Origin: Rhizophagus irregularis
Lineage: Eukaryota
DNA: 64,000 bases
NCBI RefSeq assembly: GCF_026210795.1
Contig: NC_089432.1
Coordinates: 62,001 to 126,000, forward strand
Direction of reading: 5' to 3'
Part shown: piece after piece, positions 1-10,955 of the stretch
Layout of the letters: each line of letters begins with the position of its first letter
Numbering within the stretch: position 1 is the stretch's first letter
The notes under the pieces: model-generated
Database searches by the model: none
Told to the model about the DNA's origin: nothing
What the model saw: the letters and a program-made list of their open reading frames with translations, nothing else
Translations under genes and position numbers: made by a program

Positions 1-105
1 TATATTTATTATACTGCATGTGATTTCTTAGTATTTATCTGTGCTAAGAAATGCGCAGATAAGCATCTAAATGAATGCATTGCTAAAATAGAGGAAAGGC
101 ATATC

Positions 106-349
106 TAAGGTTGCTTGCCAAAACCTAGGGGTTTAGGCAAGATAGCGTTTCGCTGAAAAGTGAAATTTTACTGAAACTATATTAAAGTTATATTAAAAAA
201 CTGGTGAAACTTTGAAGAAAGACAAAACTGCCGAAACTTATTATAAATGCCAAAACTGCTGAAACTCTGCCGAAACTATAATAAATCTATAGTAAAATTT
301 TAACGAAACTAATCGTAGAATTTTGAAGAGGTTTAGACAAGCAACCTTA
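106..349. mobile_element. hAT-like MITE
   Basis: TIR TAAGGTTGCTTG...CAAGCAACCTTA; 8-bp flanks GGCATATC (98-105) and GGCATGTC (350-357), one mismatch. Confidence 0.7.
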
Positions 350-889
350 GGCATGTCATATATTATAGATCTATATTATGAAAACAAAAAAATAAAAAAG
401 TGTTTAATGGTGATAAGATTGATGAAATTTATGGTAATATTTATTTTAAATACAGAAAAAGCTCTGAATTTTATTGTTCTTATACTTTAAAAGAAATTAA
501 GAAAAGTGTTGCATATCATTTAATTAATAGTGCACACTGGTCGAAATAAAAACTTTCGGTCATGTGACAAATCGGCTGATCTATCACACATTTCGACCAA
601 ATTTCGGAAATTATTAAAAATCGGCCAAATTTCAACATATATGATTTATGGTCGATTTATTGAATTATTTAATCAAACGTTACGCATTACGCGTTACACG
701 TATTAAAAGTTTAAAAAAGGATCATCCTTTTTTAAATTTTTTTTAATTTTTTTCTTCCCTTCCCTTCCCTTTCCTTTCCTTTGTTCCCCTTCCCTGTTTC
801 CCTTTCCCTTCCTTCGTTCTCCTTTCCCTTTCTTCCCTTTTTCTTCCTTCCCCTTTTCCCCCTTTCACTTTTTTTACTTTTTTTTTATA

Positions 890-2027
890 AGTTCGGCTTT
901 CGGGTGGGCTTCTGAAGTACAGAAACTCCAAAGATTCATAAGTATGAATACTTTGGAGTTTATTTTATTTTTTTTTAATACAAATGGTTACTAACTGTTC
1001 TTTTTTCTTTCTTTTTTTTTAGGTTCGGCCGTTCGGGTGGGCTTCCGAAGTACAGAAACTCCAAAGATTCGTAAGTACGAATACTTTGAAGTTTATTTTA
1101 TTTTTTTTTAATATGAACGGTTACTAACCGTTCTTTTTTCTTTCTTTTTTTAGGTTCGGCCGTTCGGGTGACTTCCGAAGAATGGAAAAAACTAAGTTTC
1201 GTAAGTTCAGAACTTGGTTTATTTTTTTTAATATTATGAACAGTTATTAACCGTTCTTTTTCTTTTATTTTTTATAGGTTCAGCGTCTCGGGTAGGGCTT
1301 CCGAGTTCCGAAGAACGAAAAAAACCAAGATTCGTAAGTATATACGAATCTTGGTTTTAATTTTTTTGTTTTTTTTAATTTTATTAATGAACGGTTACTA
1401 ATAACCATTCCTTTCTTTATTTTTTAGGTTCGGGTAGGCTTCTAGAGAATGAAAACCCAAAGATAAAGATTTGTAAGTACGAATCTTTTCTTTATAATTT
1501 TTTTTTTGTTTTTTCTTTATTACGGACAGTTACTAATAACCATTTTTTTCTTTATTTTTTAGGTTCGGGTGGGCTTCTGAAAAATGAAAACCAAAGGTAA
1601 AGATTCGTAAGTACGAATCTTTTCTTTATAATTTTTTTTTTTGTTTTTTCTTTATTATGAACGGTTACTAATAACCATTTTTTTCTTTATTTTTTAGGTT
1701 CGGGGTGGGTTCCTTAAAAAAGAAAAACAAAAACCCAAAGGTAAAGATTCGTAAGTACGAATCTTTACTTTTTTTTCTTTTTTTCTGTTTTTTTCTTTAT
1801 TATGAACGGTTACTAATAACCGTTCTTTTCTTTATTTTTTTAGGTGCGGTGGGCTTCCAAAAAACGAAAACCCAAAGATAAAGATTCGTAAGTACAAATC
1901 TTTACTTTATAATTTTTTTTTGTTTTTTCTTTATTACGAACGGTTACTAATAACTATTTTTTCATTTTTTTAGATTTGGGTGAGCTTCAAAAGAACGAAA
2001 ACCCAAAGGTAAAGATTCGTAAGTACA
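890..2027 (+). repeat. Tandem ~120-135-bp exon/intron-like units (array 1, left part)
   Basis: Repeated AAGATTC|GTAAGTACGAATCTT...GAACGGTTACTAATAACCGTTC...TTTTTAG|GTTCGGG units. Confidence 0.85.
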
Positions 2028-2487
2028 GTCGTCGGGCTGGATGTGGAAGGTGCAATCACCACCCACCTCCGGGTCTACGACCCGTCAAAGTACCTATATG
2101 GCCACTACGGGGTTCAGGAATCCCCATATATCCTCTACAATCCTCCACATAGATCCTCCACAAAAATATATAACAAAAAAAGATAAAATAAGGGAAAAGA
2201 GAGGAAAATAAAAGGGAATCAGAAGAGTGTGGAGGATGTGGAGGATGTGGAGGATATTTTAAAAATATCGGGAGAGGGATTCCCCCAGAAAAAAGTTTTG
2301 ATTTTACCCCCCCAGATCCTTCACATCCAGAACATCTTCCACATGTACAGGATTCCGTCCGATCATCTGTATAAGCTAATGAGATAGCAAACCAGGTAGA
2401 TTAACAGGTAAACCCCTAGAAGGTCTATAGACCAACCCCGTCCCGCCCCCATCAGAAAAAATAAGTAATTGAACAATGGGTATACCA
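2028..2487 (+). repeat. Left TIR of element A
   Basis: Reverse complement of 16695-17156; begins GTCGTCGGGCTGGATGTGG. Confidence 0.95.
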
Positions 2488-2497
2488 TAAGTAACCT

Positions 2498-2872
2498 ATA
2501 AGGACAGATAACATATATACCCCGCACGCAGTATCAGTAATCCCCGAACTTGTAGGCCATATCCTGAAACACATTCCAAGTAGCAATTTCGGGCCATATC
2601 TTTTAAAAGTCAGCCCAATCTGGAAAGCCGAAGCTAAACGAGTACTCTGGAAGCGGCATAAAAAAGCTGAGGAGGCATACGACAGGGCAGTAGAAAAGAA
2701 GGAAAAAGCAAATGATGCTCTTGGCCAATCATTGGATGAGGAGGGTATCCTCCGTGAACTTGAATGGGAGGCATATCAAAAGGCTTGTAAAGAGTTAACG
2801 GACACTAGAAAAGAGCTAACTATAGTAAAAGGAGCTCTTGAGCGGTTTGGATTTCAGATATATGTAGTTTGA
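2498..2872 (+). pseudogene. F-box-like plus coiled-coil ORF (no ATG; ATA at 2498)
   Basis: Open frame reads VIPELVGHILKHIPSSNFGPYLLKVSPIWKAEAKRVLW..., an F-box-like pattern; TGA at 2870-2872; absent from the ORF track. Confidence 0.5.
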
Positions 2873-3093
2873 AAAAAAGGAAGGGAAGATTTAGAGCAGT
2901 CGTAAAGGTTCGTGGTTTATAGTTTTTTTTTTTACCCCTAGAAGATAACCAGATATAACCGGAGGACCGCAGAATCGCAGGACCACAGGACTACAGGAGG
3001 ATAACCTGGTAGGAGTGCAGATCTTTGGAAAAAATATTCGGCAATTGAAGATTAGGTAACTATAAATTAGTACTCGATTTGATAGAACAAAAA

Positions 3094-5655
3094 ATGACTG
3101 CCCAAACTAGCACTCAAGCTCAAGTTATCCCCAAGTTTGGTGAACAGAAGAAGGCTTTTAGTATTGATGAGCTTAAACGGCTCATTAACGCTGCAAAGAA
3201 TATGAGGGATCTCAATCAAGCTAAAGGTTATCTTTGCAGTTACTTTATCCCCTGTTCCAACCCGCATGGAGTCTTCATGTGGCGGTCAGAAATTAAAAAC
3301 CTCGAGCACATCCCTGATAAAAATATTAGTAAACTTATCCGTCCAATTACCAAAGTCTTTTACACACAATCTGAACAAGGTCCTTCACAAAAGGTTGAAT
3401 TTAATATCAACAAATGGTTTATGATCGAATATAGTACTGTATGTGTAGCTACCTGTGACCCTCAAAAATCCCGTATCTTTAAACTAGGTGGCCAACTTTA
3501 TCTCAATATCTTTCCAGAATTCCTCCATATCCTGCGTCCGATATCCACTTTTGAATCTACAACCTACCTCGCGGTTAAATTTATCTTCTCTCACATTCAG
3601 GATATCTGGTGTTCAGGCGATTGGAATCTTACTGAGTATATCATAAAGTGGTTGGCCGGTGTGGCAGCTAAAAGGAAAATGTATTCGATTCTCTACCTGA
3701 AATCTGGACAGGGTTGGGGTAAGAGTATTATAACAGATTTCATTCAACGTAGTGTCTTAGGTACTCAACTTGTTTATAAGACCAGCGATCCTCAAACGAT
3801 TCTTGGAAGTTTCAATGGGCAATTACAAGGTAAGGTTCTTCTCCTCCTCGAGGAAATGCCTACAGAAAAAAGCCAGTGGAATAATCTGTATCGATCGTTG
3901 AAGGATAAGGTAACAGGTGACATAATGGAAATCCATGAAAAATACAAGACGCCAACACATTACAAAAACTTTATATCCACCATTGTACTCACTAATGAAA
4001 ATGCTCTCAGAGTGGAGAATGACGATAGGTGCACAGTGTTCTTGGATGTGTCACCATCCCGCAAGGGAGACCTCAACTACTTTAAGAAACTCAGTGACGC
4101 TATGAAATATCCAGGCGCCAGTGAGGCATTCTATGCTTACTTGAGAGCCATTGCAGACGCTTACCCGGACTTCAATGGGAATCCACCACCTATAACAATA
4201 TCTAAGTAGGATCACATCATATCAACTCTCCCACCCCTATTTCAATTCATAAAGGACACTTACCTCATAGTAAAAAATCATATAACCGACTTACCTGTTC
4301 AAGAATTTTATAGGGTATATACTTCATACTGTAAAACTCATTGCATTTCACCTCTATCAAAGATCAATGCATCCAGAATCCTATCAAATGAGCTAAGTAT
4401 AAAAAGTAAAAAAATACGTATAGGTAAAACAACACCACAAGTTTACAGTATATCTAGGGAGGATCTATACAAGAAGTTTCTTGGCAAAAACTGGATACAT
4501 GAAACAGATGAAATTGATATAGAAGGAATTGATATAGATACTCCTGAGAAGCCCACATCTGATCCAAATGCCTTGGTGAAGTTCTTGGCAAATATATATA
4601 ATCCAACTAGTAAATCGCAAGTAGATCAAGAGGAAGTGGAGCTAGTTGTTGAGAAACCTGTTGAAGAAAAACCTACTGAAGAGCAACCAGTTGCCAAAAA
4701 GGCTCCTCCACCAGTACCACCTAAACCTGATTGCTTGAAGGTAAAACCTGCACCTGTCATCAAAGAGGATCCTATTCCTGAGGAATCTCCAGCTCCCATA
4801 GAGTCAGATACTGATGAAATTATAGACAGTTTCTCAGACTGTTATCTATCTGATGAGGAACCCGATCAAGAAAATGAGCCGCCTGCTGAGGAACCTGCAT
4901 TTGAAGCTGATGATGACTACGACGTTTTAGATGACTTGCTATCTGACTCAGATCCTACAACTGCAGACCAAGTTCCTGAGCAACAACCCGAGTCTCCTGC
5001 AGAATCTTCTGCAAAATCTGAATCTCTCGCAGATTCCAAATCTTCTACAGAACCTGTAGTAGAACTGACTCTCAAAGAGCAACCTATCCCAGAACCCGAC
5101 ACAGAACTAGAAGTCGACCGGGATCCTGAACCAAAGGAAGGTACTCGAGCACACTGGGCTTGGCATGAAAGGCGCCGATGGGATCGTAAGCCATGGGTCA
5201 AGAATTCAAAGGACCAGGTCTTCAATGATCTCTACAATACAGGTAAGGATTTATGGGCTAAGTACTAAGACGCGTCAGACGAGTATGACTGGGAAATACT
5301 CGCGTTTGAAGTAGAGGAATGTCCCACAACACGTATTGAGGACAAGTACCAGTACTACTTTAGGGAGGTAGTAGACTACTTCAAGGACTGGATCGAATAT
5401 AATGGGAACTCACCTAAAACACCTAGCCGTAAAGAACTCGCAAATCTAATAAGAGTATACAAGGAGAATCGTGATGCCGAGATTATCCCTACTACCTCTG
5501 GTTATGAAACTATGAAGATGAATAAAGGTAAGGCACGAGAAATCCCAGAGGAACGTCCAAAAACTGATATGGAACGTGAATGGGAGGCCGCCAATGGAAT
5601 CATCGATGACTGGAACAAAGAGGATACTGAGGGCGCTATCAACGACATATTGTAA
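3094..5655 (+). pseudogene. SF3/D5-like helicase with winged-helix-like region and long acidic Pro-rich tail; two in-frame stops
   Basis: Walker A SGQGWGKS, Walker B LLLEE, motif C IVLTNEN, DDR; frame continues through TAG 4207 and TAA 5266 into ORF 4573-5268 and on to TAA 5653. Confidence 0.85.
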
Positions 5656-5745
5656 GCGCTATTTCAGATTATTTCTTTTTTTTTTCATATATATATAGAA
5701 AGATATTATTTATAGTTGAAGACAAATCATATACAGTACATAAAA

Positions 5746-7673
5746 ATGCAATACTCAAGAATCGCCCGCACTTTACCAATACGACCTGACATCAAGGAAC
5801 TTCAGTATTCCGGTGCCCGCTTTTCCAGAGGAGCTATCGCCAGACTCTGGTCAGACTCTCCAGCGCGCACGAGATAGAAAGCTTCCAGATCCTACTTCCC
5901 TATGAAAACTGGAAACCGTGGATGGACATCAGTAAACCAACCAGCCAGCCTCTTCTCACTCTTGGACCACTACGATGAAGCACAACTACCAGATGATGCA
6001 GATCCTGATTACTTTGAACGATTCATAATTTATGTGAGAGATGCTCCACCGGTTGCAGGGGATGCAATGGGGAGCTAAATGATTGCCTGTATGAATGCCT
6101 GAAGCATATCTATGGTATATTCTCTAAAATACCCGTACTATAAAAAAGCCTGAATATATCAAAAAGGCATTAGGTCTCAATCGTGATGCTCAGTTCCAGT
6201 CTCATATATGGATAAGGTTGAACAACTTGCAGGAAGCCTTGCACTTAATATTGTAGGGGATTCCACTCGAATTTCCAAGAGCAAATCTGACAGACATGCA
6301 ACCCTCATCCTGTCCGAGGCCACTACTCTCTTGCACTGAATCCTGGAAGACTTCACCCCTAGTAAATTAGATAGAAAACAAAAGTCTCCCTTTGTTTATC
6401 GTGAAGATGGGGTTAATAATGTAGTAACAATATACAATGGTAAGACAGTTAAGTCTCTTACAGTTGGACAGTTTCAGAAAGGTAAGAAGCTCTGATAGTT
6501 ACTCCTTCATCCTATTGAGAAGAATCGTAAAACTGGAATATATGAAACACTTGAGGAAACATACCAGAGGATCCATGAAGAGCGGGATTCCTTTCTACAG
6601 GCTACAAAGAAGTTCGGCTCCAGGAATCGACTTATCTTATCACAACTGGTCGTACAAGAGAACTGCTCTCTGGCTTTTTGAACGGTTTAGTGTAGGAGTT
6701 CCAGCTAATGATCCTCTTGATCCAGTCGAAGCAGAGTGGATAAGTGATGCGAATGATGGGAGGTCTTATCTGGGCAGATAATGAATGGAAGGGCTATGGA
6801 AGACAATACGACGTGACAAGTTTGTATCCAAGTATTCGGCAATCGAATGCTAACTTTCCAATCCAACAAGGTAAGTTTCAAATACTCAAAGACTTTGTAG
6901 ACCACAGAGGTTATGCCTTGTATGGATTATTTCGTGCTAAGGTAAGTGGTAATGACATTCTCTTCCGACAGAATAAGAGGGGAGTTTATACATTCATTGA
7001 CTTACAACAAGCAAAGAAACTTGGTCTTGATATACAGTTAATCCAGGATGGAAAGCCAAATGCCTTGATATATGACAGAGAAGCAAGAATTCCTGGGACT
7101 GTAATATTTGGTGAGTATGTTCACTTTCTCTTCAATATAAAGAACCAGGGTGGCGTGGCTGGTCGTGTTGCAAAGAGAGTTCTCAATACATTATGGGGAG
7201 CACTCTGCCAGGAGGAAACGCAATTACAAGACACTCACCACAGATCAAACAGATCCATTCAAGTTTCCGGAAGGCCACACACTTGACTCCATCATACCAG
7301 TAGGATCTGACCAGTGGCGATTCCAATTCACAAACCCAGGTAGTCCCTTCAAGCGAGAAATCCTCCCGGATTGCTCCATTCTTATTAAGACACATGGACG
7401 GAAGATGACTTCAGAGTTATTAGAACCATATAGGATAAAGGACGACGCATCCATACAGATGGATTTATTCTAGAGTAACAGCCGAGTAGTCCTACACTTA
7501 TCACTTGTCCAGAAAATGCATACAAAGCATTGAAAGCTCTCAAGTTTGAAACCGCAGGATACTGCCATGTAAAAAATGCAAACAAGGTTATCTGGACAGC
7601 GATTGGCAAGAATGCAGTTGGATTTACAGTAGGTATATATATTTTTTCTGCTTCGAATGTAAAGTCAATTTGA
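5746..7673 (+). pseudogene. Short protein-primed family B DNA polymerase, frameshifted
   Basis: MGG..YDVTSLYPS (motif A), AKRVLNTLWG (motif B), RIHTDGFI at 7446-7469 (motif C); N-terminal NDCLYECL...HYSL; several frameshifts. Confidence 0.85.
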
Positions 7674-7716
7674 AGATTCCTATTTATTACAAAGTACAAA
7701 AAAGTATAAGGAATCA

Positions 7717-8185
7717 TGTCAACATATACCGAATTAGCAAGCATTATTAACCGCACTGACAGCATTAGTGATGAAGTTATTTATGATGCATCACGCAATC
7801 AGTTCACCATTGTCTCGACGAAACTGTCCTCAAGATTATCCGTGCATTAAAAGACACTATAGTAGTCGCATTAGTATCTGGGTTTAGCAAAACCAGCTAC
7901 CTTGTCCAGGATCATGTGAAGTATATCAAGAGAATCCAGACAGCAAAGTCTCCTGTATCATATGTGAAGTTCGTGGCCAGAAAACTCTTCCCAGATAATG
8001 CAGCATATACTGCTAAGATAGCAAAGATTCGTGAATCATACAAGAATAAACAAGCTCTTTTAGACAAACTTGAGGCCCTCTTCGAGTTGTATTATAATGT
8101 AACTAAGGACTCATTAACAGGTCCCCCAAAGCGAGCTGTCACTATGAATGAGGCTGAGAAAACCTTAGCAGAACTTCTTGTATAA
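7717..8185 (+). pseudogene. Small helical protein similar to element B ORF 43649-44026; one frameshift
   Basis: KYIKRIQTAKSPVSYVKFVARKLFPDNAAY...LLDKLEALFELYYNVTKD aligns by eye with QRIIKLRQAEEPENFVLETAQSILPNETKY...LLSAINKLYRLYYELAKD. Confidence 0.65.
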
Positions 8186-8279
8186 GCGGCTCCCCGTACG
8201 AATTTAGTTTATATTTTTTATCCATTTGTAATGGGCATACAGTAATTGAAGATGGCTATAGTATAAGTAACATAACATC

Positions 8280-8700
8280 ATGTTGGACCGATTACCAGTA
8301 GAAATAGTCGAACGCATTGTTGCAAAGATCCCAGATACTGACCTTATTGCAGCGAAAGTAAAGTAGATAGATGTGTGGTGGCGGGGAGGTTCGTCAAGAA
8401 ATATAAGAGATGGAAAAATTACGCTACTACAATTGGGCATGTCCAAGCTCTTGGAAAGCCGTTTGAAAAAAGGAATATTGACTGGATATCATTTGAAGAT
8501 GTAAACGACTTCTATAAAAGATGGATAGACCGCCTCACCGAGGATCAGCTTTATATTATGGAGAAAATGCTTAGGAATGGGATGGTTGTGGACACCCCCA
8601 GGAAAGGGAAACCATAGAGCATGCATTAAGTGAACATAGATGGGGAGGCGATCCTTGGAGATTGGACTGGAAGTGGAATGATTGGACTCAACAGGAGTAA
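8280..8700 (+). pseudogene. F-box-like protein, frameshifted
   Basis: ATG 8280 gives MLDRLPVEIVERIVAKIPDTDLIAA.KV..VWW, an F-box pattern; continues into ORF 8375-8617; 3' end approximate. Confidence 0.6.
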
Positions 8701-9017
8701 GCATTTTGTACTTGACTTTCGTAGGAATTACCCTGCAGAGTCATATTTTTTAGATCCGGCCGGCATTACCGCGTAATCCCGAATTACCGAAAAAGGAAAT
8801 TTATGTTACACAAGGTTCCAAACGCATTCTTACCAAATCGATTTTTTGTGGAACGGGTATCGCCCAAAAAGGAAATGATCTACGTACCGCATGAAATCAC
8901 GTGACACTCTACACATTTGTTCAGGGTATCACGTGACATGAACTCCGTTCACATTTTCTGTAATATAATCCATAGTTTTTCCATGAATGCATTCTAGGCC
9001 AATAACCCAGTAACTTA

Positions 9018-9170
9018 TTTATCAGGTATCCTTGCATTTTTTCGACAAGGATTGATGACCATGTAACCTTATCATCAGGTATCCTTGCATTTTTTATAAG
9101 GACTGATGACCATGTAACCTCATCATCAGGTATTCTTGTATTTTTTGATAAGGACTGATGACCATGTCAC
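9018..9170. repeat. Three ~54-bp tandem repeats upstream of ORF 9230
   Basis: ATCAGGTATCCTTGCATTTTT...AAGGA(C/T)TGATGACCATGT x3. Confidence 0.85.
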
Positions 9171-9229
9171 TTGGTTATTATAAATTGAAGAAAACTATTA
9201 GGTATGTAGACACATACAGAAAAAAAGAC

Positions 9230-9811
9230 ATGTCTTACCCTTATATAGCTAACCCTATAACTGGACGTCCAATTATTATCGGTGGAGATACCTTTAATCG
9301 AATAGTTATGGAATCCCATGATTATATTGATGGAAGGCTTGTCCGTAGACAAACTGTACCTCCACCTGAAGAGCAACCTGTATATTTAAATACAGATACA
9401 GGACGTTATGTTCGACGTGGTACTAGAACATATCATAGACTGATTGAGAGTGACTATGAGGTAGTTGAGGATTACTACCTTGTCCATTATGAAGAAGAGG
9501 CGCTTATAGAGGAAATCATCAATGAAACACGCTATAATGAGGAAAATCTTGATGGGCAGCGGTTAACTTTCAATGATATATAACAAATCAGGGCCGCTAT
9601 TCAGGCTGACCAAGATGAATATGATGATTTTATCTTACAGCAAGATACGACTAACGGGACACCTTCCTCTGGTCCTTCCGGTCATCCACGAACTTTGGAG
9701 GACCATACCCCGAGACTTGCAGAGCTTAATATTGAGTTGTGTAGGGAATGTCTCATGCCTGTAAGTCCAAGTGACTTAACGGACAAGTTGTGCAAAGACT
9801 GCTCCGAATAG
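9230..9811 (+). pseudogene. Protein with two NPxTGR-type (2-cysteine-adaptor-like) repeats and a C-terminal CxxC...CxxC
   Basis: IANPITGRPIIIGGDTFNRI and LNTDTGRYVRRGTRTYHRL; after TAA 9581 and a frameshift reads LCRECL...LCKDCSE*. Confidence 0.55.
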
Positions 9812-9856
9812 TTACTTAATTTTGAATAATTCTTTTTTACATAAAGAAAGATAGCC

Positions 9857-10276
9857 ATGTCAACATCAATTGTAATAAACCAGTGCCAAAACTATGGAGT
9901 AATCACTCCAAAAACAGCACATAGAGGATTATCCAGTGTATTATACAGACAGATTATAAAGAAGATTAGTGATGAGAATGACCCTCTACAAGCCTTGGGA
10001 CTTGCTAGGGATAAGTTAGTTTAGATCATTCGTCGGGCAAGTAATGTGGACTTTACACAATTGTTTACACAAAGACTGGATATGAAAATTATGGATGGAG
10101 AGCCATATGAAGATATTAGGAAGTGGCTTCTCGAACAGTTTATAGCTATAGGTTGTGATAGTGGAGAAATTGCCTTATATCAATTTCTAAGGGATACATA
10201 TCCAGATAATATCGACGAGCCTTTCAATACATTCTATGAGAACTATGTAAATCATATAAGTAATTCAACGACTTAA
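9857..10276 (+). pseudogene. Hypothetical protein with one internal stop
   Basis: ATG 9857 is in frame with ORF 10046-10276; internal TAG near 10022. Confidence 0.45.
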
Positions 10277-10403
10277 GAACTTCGCTTAACGTCGTGCCAG
10301 GAGGAAATAGGGTTGAAGGCTAAGATGTTAAGGATTGACTTTGAAGGCCGTAAAAAAAGTGCTATGATTCTTAGAGCTTCTGCAGACGAATTATTTGATA
10401 TTC

Positions 10404-10826
10404 TCACAAGATACTATTAATCCCTACTTGTAATGCTCGACGGTCCATGTGGCTCTTAGAAAAGATCTGTAGAAGGACTTCAATACCTTCTATTATTTTT
10501 TTATTATCCAGAGGGCGACTAGACTTCAGGGCTTCATATCGGGAGAATAACTCCTTCACATTCTCAGTTTTCAGAGTTTCAGTCTTTGCAGTCCTACCCT
10601 GTACTTTTGCTAAGAAGTCCTGAAAGTCAGCTCCTAGGGTTTTACCAGACAGTCCATAAGCTTCCCGAAAGACAAATTTAATCCAGGTATCTGTATTCTT
10701 GGCTAAGACACCAGGTACAAGTAAATGTTGACGCTCTTTAGGGGATGGAAATACCCAAGCAAATTCAATCAAGTGTCCACCTTTTTTTGCTTCAGATACA
10801 CTTTCTGGCCAGGGGTAGGGACCCAA
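10404..10826 (-). CDS. Hypothetical protein downstream of the ATPase; probably disrupted
   Basis: 140-aa ORF inside element A, co-oriented with the ATPase, preceded by 10-bp tandem repeats. Confidence 0.4.
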   Translation of the reverse strand: MGPYPWPESVSEAKKGGHLIEFAWVFPSPKERQHLLVPGVLAKNTDTWIKFVFREAYGLSGKTLGADFQDFLAKVQGRTAKTETLKTENVKELFSRYEALKSSRPLDNKKIIEGIEVLLQIFSKSHMDRRALQVGINSIL

Positions 10827-10829
10827 ACT

Positions 10830-10955
10830 TGGATCGAACTGCGATTGAACTGGGTTCAGACTGAGATCGAACTGGGTTCAAACTTGGATCAAACTGAGAT
10901 TGAACTGAGATTGAACTAAGATTGAACTGAGATTGCTCTGTGATCGAACTGAGAC
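10830..10955. repeat. 10-bp tandem repeat (GATTGAACTG-like)
   Basis: About 12 degenerate copies of GAT(C/T)GAACTG(A/G). Confidence 0.8.

Noticed and set aside
890..2027. CRISPR-like array
   Set aside because: Units are degenerate along their whole length with no unique spacers, there are no cas genes, and the context is eukaryotic.
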